From an uncultured Flavobacteriaceae bacterium (lineage in GTDB: Bacteria > Bacteroidota > Bacteroidia > Flavobacteriales > Flavobacteriaceae): a stretch of 64,000 bases of DNA. Positions 35,413 to 45,862 of this stretch are shown here, one piece after another; within the stretch, counting starts at the first letter, position 1, and each line of letters starts with the position of its first letter. The DNA lies in the NCBI GenBank assembly GCA_964385175.1, contig CAYLNL010000001.1, positions 284,593 to 348,592 of the forward strand, given 5' to 3'. The notes under the pieces were generated by a model, which had not been told where the DNA came from, did not search any database, and saw nothing but the letters and a program-made list of their open reading frames with translations. A program made the position numbers and the translations under genes.

Positions 35413-36528
35413 ATGAAAATTACACCTTTCCTCCTGGCTATTTTCCTGTTGAGTTGTAATCCCCGCAAAGACCCTCTCAGCAGAGCGCTGGCTTCTAAAA
35501 ACGAAAAAATAAAGAGGGTTATGAGTAACCTGGAACAGTATCGTCCCCAGATTTTATTTACCGAAATAAAACACACCTCGGCGGGGGTAACATTTACCGA
35601 CTATAGTTTTCAGGTGAGGGATAGTGCTTATTTTTATCCTGCCAGCACAGTAAAATTCCCCATCGCCCTGCTCGCCTTAGAAAAAATGAACGAGGAAAAA
35701 ACTTATACCCGCAACACTCGCTTTTATGTAGAAGGAGATACCCTTATTACCACTTTTGCACGGGAAATCGAAAAAATATTTGCTGTGAGCGATAATGATG
35801 CCTATAACCGGCTATTTGAGTACCTGGGGCAAGATGAGATTCTTAAACGACTTAACCAAAAAGGCTTGCAGGCGCGTATTTCGCATCGCCTTTCTGCGCC
35901 CGATGCAGACAATGTAACCACTAAGCCGCTTATCTTCTATCTTAATGATAGCACCACTACTCCTACCCAACCATATTCCAGTAGCCCTATAAAATCGCTT
36001 CAGTTAAAAAACATCCTTACCGGTAAGGGATATATAGACGAGGGTTTACGGGTTGAAAAACCTAAAGATTTCTCGAAAAAAAACTACCTCCCACTTTCCA
36101 CTCTCCATGATATATTGAAACGCCTCTTTTTTCCCGAAATCTTTTCAGAAAAAGAACAATTTCACCTTTCCAAAGACGATAGAGATTTTATCATTCAAGC
36201 TATGAAAACACTTCCCCGACAGGTGGGTTATAGTAGTGAGGAGTATTATGACAGTTATGTGAAATTTTTTATTTATGGCGATTCTAAAGACCCTATTGAT
36301 AGCCAGGTGGAACTATATAATAAAGCAGGAGAAGCATACGGCTACCTCACCGATTGCGCTTATATTGTGGACAGGAAACGGAAAAAAGAATACCTTCTCA
36401 CAGCTACTATCTATGTAAATAAGGACGGTATTTTTAATGATGATGTGTATGAATATGAAGAAATTGGCATACCATTCCTGGCAGAATTGGGGAGGCAGCT
36501 AACTACTGCTAAAAAAATACCACAATAG
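35413..36528 (+). CDS. Class A beta-lactamase-like serine hydrolase, lipoprotein
   Basis: Lipoprotein signal MKITPFLLAIFLLSC, with STVK (SxxK) and SDN motifs. The upstream ATG at 35332 seems unnecessary. Confidence 0.7.
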   Translation: MKITPFLLAIFLLSCNPRKDPLSRALASKNEKIKRVMSNLEQYRPQILFTEIKHTSAGVTFTDYSFQVRDSAYFYPASTVKFPIALLALEKMNEEKTYTRNTRFYVEGDTLITTFAREIEKIFAVSDNDAYNRLFEYLGQDEILKRLNQKGLQARISHRLSAPDADNVTTKPLIFYLNDSTTTPTQPYSSSPIKSLQLKNILTGKGYIDEGLRVEKPKDFSKKNYLPLSTLHDILKRLFFPEIFSEKEQFHLSKDDRDFIIQAMKTLPRQVGYSSEEYYDSYVKFFIYGDSKDPIDSQVELYNKAGEAYGYLTDCAYIVDRKRKKEYLLTATIYVNKDGIFNDDVYEYEEIGIPFLAELGRQLTTAKKIPQ

Positions 36529-36595
36529 CAGAAATCATATCCTTAAAATGCCAAAACAAGTATAGTTTTGAATAAGACAAACAATTTTTCTAAGT

Positions 36596-37177
36596 ATGGG
36601 ACATTATAATGAGGTTGTTTTCTCTGGCAGTGAATTAAGCGCAAAGGAAATCTGGCAAAAGGCTATGCCTGTTTTAGAGAAAAACGGGATTGTTTTTTCA
36701 CCCGATTCAAACAATCTTTATAAGGATATGCACCTCACCTGGTATTTTGAAAAAGATGAAAGCCAATCGCCATGGGGAGAACTCTATTGTAATATTCTGC
36801 CAATAGGCAAAAATTTCCACCTTGTTATTGCTGAAACAGATACTTTCAGGGTATTTTATTCAAAACGCACCTTAGAAAAATTCACACTCCTCTCAGTGGA
36901 GTTATGTACCGCCTGCGCTTTTAAATATGCTGTGTATTGGGAAGAAGCACTTACTAATAAAATAATCCCTTCCAATTTAAATCGCGCCAGCTATTTATTA
37001 CGCGAGAAGTATCATTCAGGACATACGCCCGGGTTAATAATTATAGCCGCCACGGAAATAGAGCTGGATAAAGCCAGGCTGTGGGCGCCAAAAAATAGTG
37101 AGTTTATAATTCCAGAACCAGGATATTATGTATATAAAATGTATGGTGCCTTAAAAATAAGAAATGTTACATACTAA
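36596..37177 (+). CDS. Hypothetical protein
   Basis: 193-aa ORF between biotin-cluster genes. I recognise no motif. Confidence 0.5.
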   Translation: MGHYNEVVFSGSELSAKEIWQKAMPVLEKNGIVFSPDSNNLYKDMHLTWYFEKDESQSPWGELYCNILPIGKNFHLVIAETDTFRVFYSKRTLEKFTLLSVELCTACAFKYAVYWEEALTNKIIPSNLNRASYLLREKYHSGHTPGLIIIAATEIELDKARLWAPKNSEFIIPEPGYYVYKMYGALKIRNVTY

Positions 37178-37337
37178 CATAATGCTCATTTATACTAATT
37201 AAATGGCGTGTATTTTTTAGTATTTTTGACGCCTTGTTAGCGTTGAAATACTATTTTTCTGAAACTCGTTGGCACGCTCGTTTAATTCTGTGAATGACAA
37301 CTAATAAAAACCAATACCTATTCTTAAACCTAAAAAC

Positions 37338-38450
37338 ATGAGTGAATTACGAAATAGTTGGACAAAAGAAGAAATTTTAGCCCTATACCACAAACCTCTC
37401 ATGGAGTTGTTATATGAGGCTGCCACAATACATCGCAAGTATCACGACCCAAATACCGTGCAGGTTTCTACTCTTATTTCTATAAAAACAGGCGGTTGCC
37501 CCGAAGATTGCGGGTATTGCCCTCAAGCGGCTCGTTACCACACGAATATAGAAGGAAACGATTTGATGAGCGTTCAGCAGGTGAAGGCTCAAGCCTTGCG
37601 CGCCAAAGCATCTGGTAGCAGCCGCGTGTGCATGGGCGCCGCCTGGCGCAATGTGAAAGACGGTCCAGAGTTTGATACCGTTCTGGAAATGGTGCGCACC
37701 CTCAACAAATTAGACATAGAAGTTTGCTGCACCCTTGGTATGCTCACCGAAAACCAGGCAAAACGCTTAGCCGAAGCAGGCTTGTATGCCTACAACCACA
37801 ATTTAGATACTTCTGAGGACTATTATAAAGAAATTATAGGTACGCGCAGCTATCAAGACCGGTTGCAAACCATTGAAAATGTGCGAAAAACCAATATCAC
37901 TGTATGTAGCGGGGGCATTATAGGTATGGGCGAAGAAACCGGAGACCGCGCCGGTATGCTGGTAGCGCTTGCCGCCTTGAACCCACACCCCGAATCGGTG
38001 CCCATAAATGCCTTAGTAGCGGTAGAGGGAACGCCTTTAGAAGACCAACAACCTGTTTCTATCTGGGAAATGATTCGTATGGTAGCTACTACCCGTATAG
38101 TATTACCTCAAACCCAGGTGCGCCTTTCTGCAGGGCGCACTGAAATGAGCAAAGAAGGGCAGGCGCTGTGTTTTTTTGCAGGCGCCAATTCTATTTTTGC
38201 AGGCGATAAATTGCTCACTACACCCAACCCGGATATAAATGAAGATAAAGAACTATTTAACCTGCTTGGTTTGAAACCGCAAAAAGCCTTTGCCAAGAAA
38301 GAACAGCCCCAAACGGTGGAAGCCCAAGCATCTCAATATCTCTCTATGGGAGAAAACCCCAGGTGGACTCGCCCTGAACATACTGTTGCACGTAATGAGG
38401 TGGCAAAAAAACGGGCGAAAATGCGAATTTCCTCTCAAAAGGATACATAA
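37338..38450 (+). CDS. bioB: Biotin synthase (radical SAM) with a basic C-terminal extension
   Basis: [10 protein letters not shown] radical-SAM cluster motif and YNHNLDTS. Confidence 0.95.
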   Translation: MSELRNSWTKEEILALYHKPLMELLYEAATIHRKYHDPNTVQVSTLISIKTGGCPEDCGYCPQAARYHTNIEGNDLMSVQQVKAQALRAKASGSSRVCMGAAWRNVKDGPEFDTVLEMVRTLNKLDIEVCCTLGMLTENQAKRLAEAGLYAYNHNLDTSEDYYKEIIGTRSYQDRLQTIENVRKTNITVCSGGIIGMGEETGDRAGMLVALAALNPHPESVPINALVAVEGTPLEDQQPVSIWEMIRMVATTRIVLPQTQVRLSAGRTEMSKEGQALCFFAGANSIFAGDKLLTTPNPDINEDKELFNLLGLKPQKAFAKKEQPQTVEAQASQYLSMGENPRWTRPEHTVARNEVAKKRAKMRISSQKDT

Positions 38451-38514
38451 TTGAGGTATGCTATATAAGTAAGCTTTTCTTAATTTTACAATTTCAACTA
38501 CAACTATATTGGGT

Positions 38515-39381
38515 ATGACGTTGCAAGAAATACCTCGTGTAGCCACTATAACAAAAGAAGATTTTGTGGCTCAGTACCTAAAACCTCAGAAGCCGGTGGT
38601 TATAGAGCGCCTTACCCATGGATGGGATGCCTACCAGAAATGGCATTTTGATTATATAAACCAATTGGCCGGTGATAAAATAGTTCCGTTATATGATGAC
38701 CGTCCGGTGGACTACCGCGATGGTTTCAACCAGCCGCATACCCGCATGAAAATGAGCGAGTACCTTTCACTCTTGCAGCAAGCGCCTACCAACTACCGTA
38801 TATTTTTATATAATTTGATGAAGGAAACGCCAACGCTTCAAAATGATTTCCATTGGCCCGATATAGGCTTGCGGTTGGTGAAGCAAATGCCTATGCTGTT
38901 TTTTGGAGGTGAAAACAGCCGTGTTTTTATGCACTTTGATATAGATTATGCAAATATTCTCCATGTTCATTTCCATGGTAAAAAGCAATGCGTTATTTTC
39001 CCTCCCGAACAAACCCCCTATCTGTATAAAGTTCCCCATGCGCTAATTTCGCATGAAGGGATTGATTTTGATAGGATAGATTATGGTAAGTGGCCTGCTC
39101 TTAAAGATGCCAGAGGATACATAGCAAACTTAACCCATGGTGAGGTATTGTATATGCCCGAAGGATACTGGCACTATATGAAGTATGTAACACCGGGTTT
39201 TTCTATGAGCCTGCGCGCATTACCCCGTAGCCCAAAAAATCTTGTAAAAGCCGCTTACAATGTGTTTGTTATGAGGCACTTTGACAATAGTATGCGAAAA
39301 TGGAAAGGAAAGTCTTGGATAGATTGGAAAAATGAGCAAGCTATTGTGCGAACGCATAAAAAATTAAATCTCACTCAATAA
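38515..39381 (+). CDS. JmjC/cupin-like domain protein
   Basis: Cupin_8-like features (MHFDID..HVHFHGKKQCVIFPP..GEVLYMPEGYWHY). ATG at 38515. Confidence 0.7.
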   Translation: MTLQEIPRVATITKEDFVAQYLKPQKPVVIERLTHGWDAYQKWHFDYINQLAGDKIVPLYDDRPVDYRDGFNQPHTRMKMSEYLSLLQQAPTNYRIFLYNLMKETPTLQNDFHWPDIGLRLVKQMPMLFFGGENSRVFMHFDIDYANILHVHFHGKKQCVIFPPEQTPYLYKVPHALISHEGIDFDRIDYGKWPALKDARGYIANLTHGEVLYMPEGYWHYMKYVTPGFSMSLRALPRSPKNLVKAAYNVFVMRHFDNSMRKWKGKSWIDWKNEQAIVRTHKKLNLTQ

Positions 39382-39829
39382 GTTCATTTACTTTTTCATA
39401 TACCCATTCAGGCTCCCAGCCCTTATATAAGAGATAATCTGCCAGTTTTTTCTTTTTTTTAAGCAGATGCGGTTCATTCAACTCTGAAAACCGTTTTTCA
39501 GCCAACGATTCAAAAATATGCCTGTAAACTACTGCATCAATTTCTGTTAAAGCTATTTTAATAAGCCGCTCAGGAATAGTATTTGCCTTCAACCCTTTCA
39601 CAATCCGTAGTCGCCCCCATTTTTTCATCGTAAATTTTCCCCTGGCAAACCCCCTGGCGTATCGTTCCTCGTTGAGGTAATCTTGCTGAATTAAGTATTT
39701 TATAATTTGCTGCGCCATAACCCCAGAAACCCCCAACAACCTAAGTTTCTCAAGCACTTCTTTAGAACAGCGCTCCTGGTAGCTGCAATACCGTTCTAAT
39801 TTTTTCCTTATTTCTTCTGGCTTATCCAC
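39371..39829 (-). CDS. recX: Regulatory protein RecX
   Basis: CSYQERCSKEVLEKL.. followed by three-helix repeats. GTG start. Confidence 0.8.
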   Translation of the reverse strand: MDKPEEIRKKLERYCSYQERCSKEVLEKLRLLGVSGVMAQQIIKYLIQQDYLNEERYARGFARGKFTMKKWGRLRIVKGLKANTIPERLIKIALTEIDAVVYRHIFESLAEKRFSELNEPHLLKKKKKLADYLLYKGWEPEWVYEKVNELIE

Positions 39830-39862
39830 AGTCTCATCTGCCCATTTTAGCCCAAAGCCATT

Positions 39863-41404
39863 CTACAATACCTCTCCATTTCTATCATTAAAACTATATT
39901 CCAGGTACTTATACGCATCTCTTGGCAGCACTCGTATCCATTTTTTATATTTTAAAAACCATTTAAACCGTATGGAGGGAATACCTTTTGTAAGATAAGC
40001 CGCTACAAACGGGTGGGCATTTAGAATAATACCATTTTTAAATGATGTATCTTGAATGAGATGCTCTAAAACAGCTGTTATCTTATCAATTAAAACAATA
40101 GGCGCTTCTACCTCACCGCTCACATTGGGGTTTTCTTCATAGGTATTAATATGAGTTTCAGGCCTCACCCGTTGGCGGGTAATTTGCACCAGCCCGAATT
40201 TACTGGGGGGTAAAATTTTATGCTTTGCCCGGTCTCCCTCCATTTCCTCTTTAAGACGCTGATAAAGTTTGCTACGATTTTCCGGAACGCCCATATCAAT
40301 AAAATCTACCACAATTATTCCGCCCATATCGCGCAAACGCAACTGTCTTGCAATTTCAGAAGCGGCAACCAGGTTTACCTCCAGTGCGTTTTCTTCCTGC
40401 GTTTTAGACCTGTTAGATTGGTTTCCGCTATTTACATCAATTACATGGAGCGCCTCCGTATGTTCTATAATCAAATAGGCACCCTTACTCATAGAAACGG
40501 TTTTGCCAAAAGAGGTTTTAATTTGGCGCTCAATACCAAACTTTTCAAAAATAGGTACCGGCGATTCATGCAATTTCAATAAAGACTCTTTTTGAGGCGC
40601 TATTTCATATAAATAATCTTTCATCTGGTAATATAACGATGCATCATTAACATAAATACCCGTAAAAGTATCATTAAAAATATCCCGTAACGTAGAAGAC
40701 ACCCGCCCCAGTTCGCTCAATACTTTTGAAGGATAGAGCCCCCGGTGAATTTTTTTACACAAAGAAACCCAACGCTCCAACGAATCCTGTAAATCCTTAT
40801 CTAACTCTGCGATTTTTTTGCCTTCTGCCACAGTGCGGACAATAACTCCGAAACCCCTGGGCCTAATACTTTCCACAAGCTTCTTTAAGCGGTCTTTTTC
40901 TTCCTTGCTTTCTATTTTCTGAGAAACAGAAACCCTGTCAGAAAAAGGAATAAGAACCAGGTATCGCCCGGCTATAGAAAGCTCAGAACTTATCCTGGGT
41001 CCTTTAGTAGAGATGGGCTCTTTAACAATTTGAACCAATATTGGCTGATTGGCTTTTAATACTTGTGTAATACTACCGTTTTTATCTATATCTCCTTCAA
41101 ACCTGAAATCTTTTAACAAGAAATCTTTTATTCTTCCGGCGGCTACAAGTTTTACAAATTTTAATAAAGAGGGCAGTTGAGGTCCTAAATCATGATAATG
41201 AAGAAAGGCATCTTTTTCATACCCTACATCAATAAATGCTGCATTAAGTCCCTGCACAGATTTTTTAACTTTGGCAAGCATAATATCGCCAACAGCAAAT
41301 CCGCTGGTGCTCTTCTCATTATGTAACTCTACAAGCTTTCCATCCTTTAATAAGGCAAAATCAATCTCAGAGGAACTAGATCTCACAATTAACTCTCTAT
41401 TCAC
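39863..41404 (-). CDS. rng: Ribonuclease G/E family (Rne/Rng)
   Basis: N-terminal S1 domain (GDIMLAKVKKSVQGLNAAFIDVG) and catalytic core (GIIVVDFIDM, ALHVIDVNSG). Confidence 0.9.
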   Translation of the reverse strand: MNRELIVRSSSSEIDFALLKDGKLVELHNEKSTSGFAVGDIMLAKVKKSVQGLNAAFIDVGYEKDAFLHYHDLGPQLPSLLKFVKLVAAGRIKDFLLKDFRFEGDIDKNGSITQVLKANQPILVQIVKEPISTKGPRISSELSIAGRYLVLIPFSDRVSVSQKIESKEEKDRLKKLVESIRPRGFGVIVRTVAEGKKIAELDKDLQDSLERWVSLCKKIHRGLYPSKVLSELGRVSSTLRDIFNDTFTGIYVNDASLYYQMKDYLYEIAPQKESLLKLHESPVPIFEKFGIERQIKTSFGKTVSMSKGAYLIIEHTEALHVIDVNSGNQSNRSKTQEENALEVNLVAASEIARQLRLRDMGGIIVVDFIDMGVPENRSKLYQRLKEEMEGDRAKHKILPPSKFGLVQITRQRVRPETHINTYEENPNVSGEVEAPIVLIDKITAVLEHLIQDTSFKNGIILNAHPFVAAYLTKGIPSIRFKWFLKYKKWIRVLPRDAYKYLEYSFNDRNGEVL

Positions 41405-41539
41405 TCTGACTAAGTTTTAACTATTTGCCGCAAGCAAATAGTAGGTTAAACAATATTTCAAGGGCTATATGCCCAACGTGGTGTGTGCTGATTGTACTAT
41501 TTTGTATTTTGGGAAGTTGTTTCTCCCTGGAAAATACAC

Positions 41540-41632
41540 TTATTTTTTCTTTTTATGCCGATTAGCTTTTCTTCTTTTTTTACGTTTATGAGTAGCTATT
41601 TTGTGTCTTTTTCTTTTTTTTCCGCTTGGCAT
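41540..41632 (-). CDS. Very small basic protein (30 aa), bS22/AURKAIP1-like (absent from the ORF track)
   Basis: MPSGKKRKRHKIATHKRKKRRKANRHKKKK. Lies between HU and rng on the same strand. Confidence 0.55.
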   Translation of the reverse strand: MPSGKKRKRHKIATHKRKKRRKANRHKKKK

Positions 41633-41666
41633 ATTGGTATAATTGGTTACTTTTTTTATACAGGTT

Positions 41667-41960
41667 CTATTTTTTAACTGCTACACTGGTCTTAACCAGT
41701 TCTACAAAAGACTTGGCAGGTTTAAATGCCGGGATATTGTGCGCCGGGATGGTAAGCGTAATATTTTTGGAGATATTTCTACCCGTTTTTTCGGCTCGGG
41801 TTTTAATGATAAAACTGCCAAAACCACGAAGGTAAACATTATCTCCATCTTCCAAAGAAGTTTTAATTTCTTCCATGAAAGACTCTATAATTTTTTGTAC
41901 CTCTCTTTTTTCTACCCCTAGTTTTTGTGAAACTGTAGTTACTATGTCTGCTTTTCTCAT
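41667..41960 (-). CDS. HU/IHF-family DNA-binding protein
   Basis: LRGFGSFIIKTRAEKTGRN..IPAHNIPAFKPAK, the typical HU arm. Confidence 0.9.
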   Translation of the reverse strand: MRKADIVTTVSQKLGVEKREVQKIIESFMEEIKTSLEDGDNVYLRGFGSFIIKTRAEKTGRNISKNITLTIPAHNIPAFKPAKSFVELVKTSVAVKK

Positions 41961-42094
41961 ATTTATTTCTCTGTCTTTAAATACAAGTTAGAGGGTGCAA
42001 ATATATAAATTAATTAGTCAAAAATAAACCGCCCCTATTTAAATTTTAATGACGAACCTCCTTATTTTTGACCAACTTTTGGTAAATAGACGGT

Positions 42095-43132
42095 ATGGGT
42101 TTTTCTGAATTAATTATGGGTTGGTACCAGGAGAATAAACGCCCATTGCCTTGGCGGGGAGTTGCAGACCCCTATAATATATGGTTGTCAGAAATTATTT
42201 TGCAGCAAACTCGTGTGGTACAGGGATTACCCTATTACCTGAGATTTATAGAAACCTACCCTACCGTTTCTCATTTGGCAAAAGCGCCCTTGCAAGAGGT
42301 TTTAAAACTTTGGCAGGGGCTGGGCTACTACAGCAGGGCGAGAAACCTCCACAACACCGCTATCTATATAACCAACGAGCTAAACGGTGTTTTTCCGCAA
42401 ACCTATAAAGGTTTGTTAACTCTCAAGGGAATAGGAGAATACACTGCAAGCGCCATCGCTTCTATATGTTTTAGCGAGCCTTGCGCCGTTATAGATGGCA
42501 ATGTGTATAGAGTATTGGCGCGGTATTTCGGAATAGAAATCCCCATCAACTCTGGCGAAGGAAAAAAATACTTTAAAGCCCTGGCACAACAACTCCTCTA
42601 CCAGCAAGAACCTGCCACCTATAACCAAGCCATTATGGAATTTGGAGCTGTGCAGTGCAAGCCCCAGTCTCCCCGTTGCAACGTATGCCCTCTTGAGCAA
42701 ACATGCCAGGCGTTACAATACAACAGGGTAGAGAGCCTCCCGGTGAAGCTGCGAAAAGGAGTCATAAAAAATCGTTTTTTCAATTACCTCGTAATTACTA
42801 ATGGACAACAGGTGCTTCTTACCCAGCGTACAGAAAGCGATATTTGGCAAAATTTATATGAATTTCCACTCATAGAAACCATGGGAAACATTTCGGCGAA
42901 AAAAGTAAAAACCCACTCACTTTTCACACAACTACTCCAAAAGAAACCTTTTAAAATGCACCTTTACAATAAAAAACCCATCATTCATAAACTATCTCAC
43001 CAGCATATACACGCCCGTTTTTGGCAAGTGTCTGTGCAAGATGCCTTAGAAAATGCTATTCCACTGGCCGAAATGAAAAAGTACCCTGTTTCCGTTTTAA
43101 TTGCTAATTTTGTCGCTCACTACTCTCTTTGA
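42095..43132 (+). CDS. mutY: A/G-specific adenine glycosylase MutY
   Basis: HhH-GPD (LKGIGEYTASAI), the 4Fe-4S loop CKPQSPRCNVCPLEQTC and a C-terminal NUDIX-like domain. Confidence 0.9.
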   Translation: MGFSELIMGWYQENKRPLPWRGVADPYNIWLSEIILQQTRVVQGLPYYLRFIETYPTVSHLAKAPLQEVLKLWQGLGYYSRARNLHNTAIYITNELNGVFPQTYKGLLTLKGIGEYTASAIASICFSEPCAVIDGNVYRVLARYFGIEIPINSGEGKKYFKALAQQLLYQQEPATYNQAIMEFGAVQCKPQSPRCNVCPLEQTCQALQYNRVESLPVKLRKGVIKNRFFNYLVITNGQQVLLTQRTESDIWQNLYEFPLIETMGNISAKKVKTHSLFTQLLQKKPFKMHLYNKKPIIHKLSHQHIHARFWQVSVQDALENAIPLAEMKKYPVSVLIANFVAHYSL

Positions 43133-43175
43133 GAATATAGTTTTTTAGTATATTTGGATTTATATTTTTAAAATT

Positions 43176-43616
43176 ATGAATGGTACACTTAATAAAGTAA
43201 TGCTCATAGGGCATTTGGGAGACGATGTAAAAATACATTATTTCGAGGGAGGTAATTGCATTGCCCGTTTCCCGCTCGCAACGCATGAGACCTACACAAA
43301 CAAACAAACAGGAGAAAAAACCACCAATACAGAATGGCATACGGTGGTAACCCGGAACAAAGCGGCAGAAATTTGCGAAAAATATCTCAGCAAAGGAGAT
43401 AAAATATATGTAGAAGGAAAATTAAAAACCCGCCAGTGGCAAAGCGAAGATGGTAATACCCGCTATGCCACCGAAGTTCATGTTACAGACTTTATATTTT
43501 TAAGCACCAAAAAAGGAAACGAAGGAGGCTCTTCAACCGCCCCCAAACAAAATATGGTTAAAGAAGAAAAAGAACGCTACGCAGCGGAACCAGAAGAAGA
43601 TGATTTACCCTTCTAA
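43176..43616 (+). CDS. ssb: Single-stranded DNA-binding protein
   Basis: An OB fold (LNKVMLIGHLGDD..TEWH) and the acidic tip EEDDLPF. Confidence 0.95.
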   Translation: MNGTLNKVMLIGHLGDDVKIHYFEGGNCIARFPLATHETYTNKQTGEKTTNTEWHTVVTRNKAAEICEKYLSKGDKIYVEGKLKTRQWQSEDGNTRYATEVHVTDFIFLSTKKGNEGGSSTAPKQNMVKEEKERYAAEPEEDDLPF

Positions 43617-43641
43617 ATGCGTTTAACTAAATTTTAAACAC

Positions 43642-44958
43642 TTGGAAACGGAACCCCCGGGTTTACTTATAATTGCTTTTACAGTTGCCGGCATATCGGT
43701 TATTAAACCCATCGCCCTTTTTTGCCTGCTTGCCTGCTCCGCCCTTATATCGGGAGCAGAGGTAGCTTTTTTTTCCCTTTCCTCTACGGATATAAATGAA
43801 GCCGAGGCGTCTAAAACCTCTTCTGGGAATATCCTCGTAAAATTGTTGAATAAACCTAAAAAGCTCCTCGCCACCATTTTAATAGCCAATAATTTTGTAA
43901 ACATAGCCGTTGTACTTATTTTCTCTTCTCTAAGCGATACCCTGTTTAGCGGCATCACTACTGTTTTATGGGGCGTGCTAAACCTGCGTTTTATGCTGGA
44001 AGTGGTAGTAGTTACCTTTATGATTCTGCTCCTCGGGGAAATTCTCCCTAAAATATATGCCCGTAGAAACCACAAAAAATTCGCCTATTTTATGGCGCAC
44101 CCCATCTATGTATTAGACCGCCTGCTTTCGCCCCTTAGCCTTCCTATGCGCTCTGCCACCCTATATCTCCAGGAAAAATTAGGCGCCAAAAAAACCAACC
44201 TGTCCGTTAATAAACTCTCCCAGGCCTTAGACCTTACATCGGAAACCGAAACTACCAAAGAAGAGCAAAAAATACTGCGGGGCATTGTGTCTTTCGGAAA
44301 TACCGATACCAAACAAGTTATGCGCCCCCGAATAGACATTTTCGCCGTGAATGAAGAAACCTCTTTTACTCGTTTACTCACGGAAATTATTAAAAATGGA
44401 TACTCCAGGATACCCGTTTACCGCGATAATTTAGACACCATTACCGGCGTGCTCTATGTAAAAGATTTGTTGCCCTACCTTAACCAACCCTCATTTAACT
44501 GGGTATCGTTGGTGCGCGACCCTTATTTTATTCCTCAAACCAAAAAATTAGACGATTTGCTCAGGGAATTCCAGGAAATGAAAAACCACCTCGCTATTGT
44601 GGTAGATGAATATGGAGGTACAGCGGGCTTAATAACGCTGGAAGATATTATAGAAGAAATTGTAGGCGATATAAGCGATGAATTTGACGATGAGGATATA
44701 GTATTTTCTAAATTAGACGATAACAGTTATATTTTTGATGGCAAAACCGCTTTGAAAGATTTTTACCGCATGGCGAAAATACAAGACGATGCTCTTTTTG
44801 AAACTCATAAAGGAGATGCGGAAACCCTTGCCGGCTTTGTACTCGAAATAGCGGGCAACTTCCCCCAAAAAGGTGAAAAAATAAACTTTCACACCTATAC
44901 ATTCACAATAGAAGCCATAGACAACAAACGAATTAAACAGCTTAAAGTAACCCTCTGA
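43642..44958 (+). CDS. gldE: Gliding motility-associated protein GldE (DUF21-CBS-CorC)
   Basis: DUF21 membrane domain, a CBS pair and a CorC/HlyC C-terminal domain. Sits between ssb and gldD, as I recall for gliding Bacteroidota. TTG start. Confidence 0.75.
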   Translation: METEPPGLLIIAFTVAGISVIKPIALFCLLACSALISGAEVAFFSLSSTDINEAEASKTSSGNILVKLLNKPKKLLATILIANNFVNIAVVLIFSSLSDTLFSGITTVLWGVLNLRFMLEVVVVTFMILLLGEILPKIYARRNHKKFAYFMAHPIYVLDRLLSPLSLPMRSATLYLQEKLGAKKTNLSVNKLSQALDLTSETETTKEEQKILRGIVSFGNTDTKQVMRPRIDIFAVNEETSFTRLLTEIIKNGYSRIPVYRDNLDTITGVLYVKDLLPYLNQPSFNWVSLVRDPYFIPQTKKLDDLLREFQEMKNHLAIVVDEYGGTAGLITLEDIIEEIVGDISDEFDDEDIVFSKLDDNSYIFDGKTALKDFYRMAKIQDDALFETHKGDAETLAGFVLEIAGNFPQKGEKINFHTYTFTIEAIDNKRIKQLKVTL

Positions 44959-44959
44959 T

Positions 44960-45520
44960 ATGCCCCAGTGTTTGTTTTTCCTTCTTCTCGCCGCTCTTTT
45001 TGCGGGCGCATGCCAGCGCGAGCCCCTGCCCAAGCCCGCCGGCATGTTGCGCTTAGAATATCCGCCAGCAGTTTACCAATATACAGAGAATAATGGTTGT
45101 TACGAGTTTCAACGAAACAACCTCGCCCTTCCCGTGAAAAAAAAAGCCGCCTCCATGGAACTGGTTTATCCCGCCATGAAAGCCACCCTTTATCTCACCT
45201 ATAAAAAAGTAGAAAGAAATATAGATAAACTCCTCGCAGATGCCCAAAAACGCACCTATCAGCATACTTTGAAAGCCGACGCTATAACCGAACAACCCTA
45301 TCTAAACCAAGAGCGCCGCGTATATGGCATGCTCTACCAGGTAGCCGGCAACGCCGCCTCTCATTACCAGTTTTATGTAACAGACAGCCTGGAACATTTT
45401 CTAACAGGCGCTTTATACTTTTACGCAAAACCTAACTACGACTCTGTGTACCCCGCAGCCCTCTACTTGGAAAAAGATATTCGGCGTATTATGGAAACCC
45501 TCCGGTGGAAATATCCCTGA
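44960..45520 (+). CDS. gldD: Gliding motility lipoprotein GldD
   Basis: Lipoprotein signal LLLAALFAGAC, then PKPAGMLRLEYP. Immediately follows gldE. Confidence 0.75.
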   Translation: MPQCLFFLLLAALFAGACQREPLPKPAGMLRLEYPPAVYQYTENNGCYEFQRNNLALPVKKKAASMELVYPAMKATLYLTYKKVERNIDKLLADAQKRTYQHTLKADAITEQPYLNQERRVYGMLYQVAGNAASHYQFYVTDSLEHFLTGALYFYAKPNYDSVYPAALYLEKDIRRIMETLRWKYP

Positions 45521-45862
45521 TTTTCATAAAACTTCCTGTAATACCCAGCGAGAAGATTTAAAAGTGCGATAGATTTTACCTACTCACCTGCTACCTCTTT
45601 CCGTTTCTATACCCTCGTTGGTGAGAACCTCCTGGTGTGTACTATTCCTAATATCCCACACCAGATTGGGCTGTTGTTTCACATAGAATACAAATCTGCC
45701 CTTATTTAAGGAAAAAGAACAGATCATAAAATACTCCGTTTGCTGCTTTTATTCTAACTTTGTATCTTTGCTATTACAGAATATTATATGTAATTGTTTA
45801 AAAAGTAAAGACTTAGAACGTCATTAAGAAATTATAATCTACTTTAGTAGTTTTGCATTCAA

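Noticed and set aside
41492-41921. + strand ORFs of 61-92 aa rich in Phe/Ser
   Set aside because: They are antisense to the poly-lysine small ORF and to the HU gene, so they are composition artefacts of A/T-rich runs.
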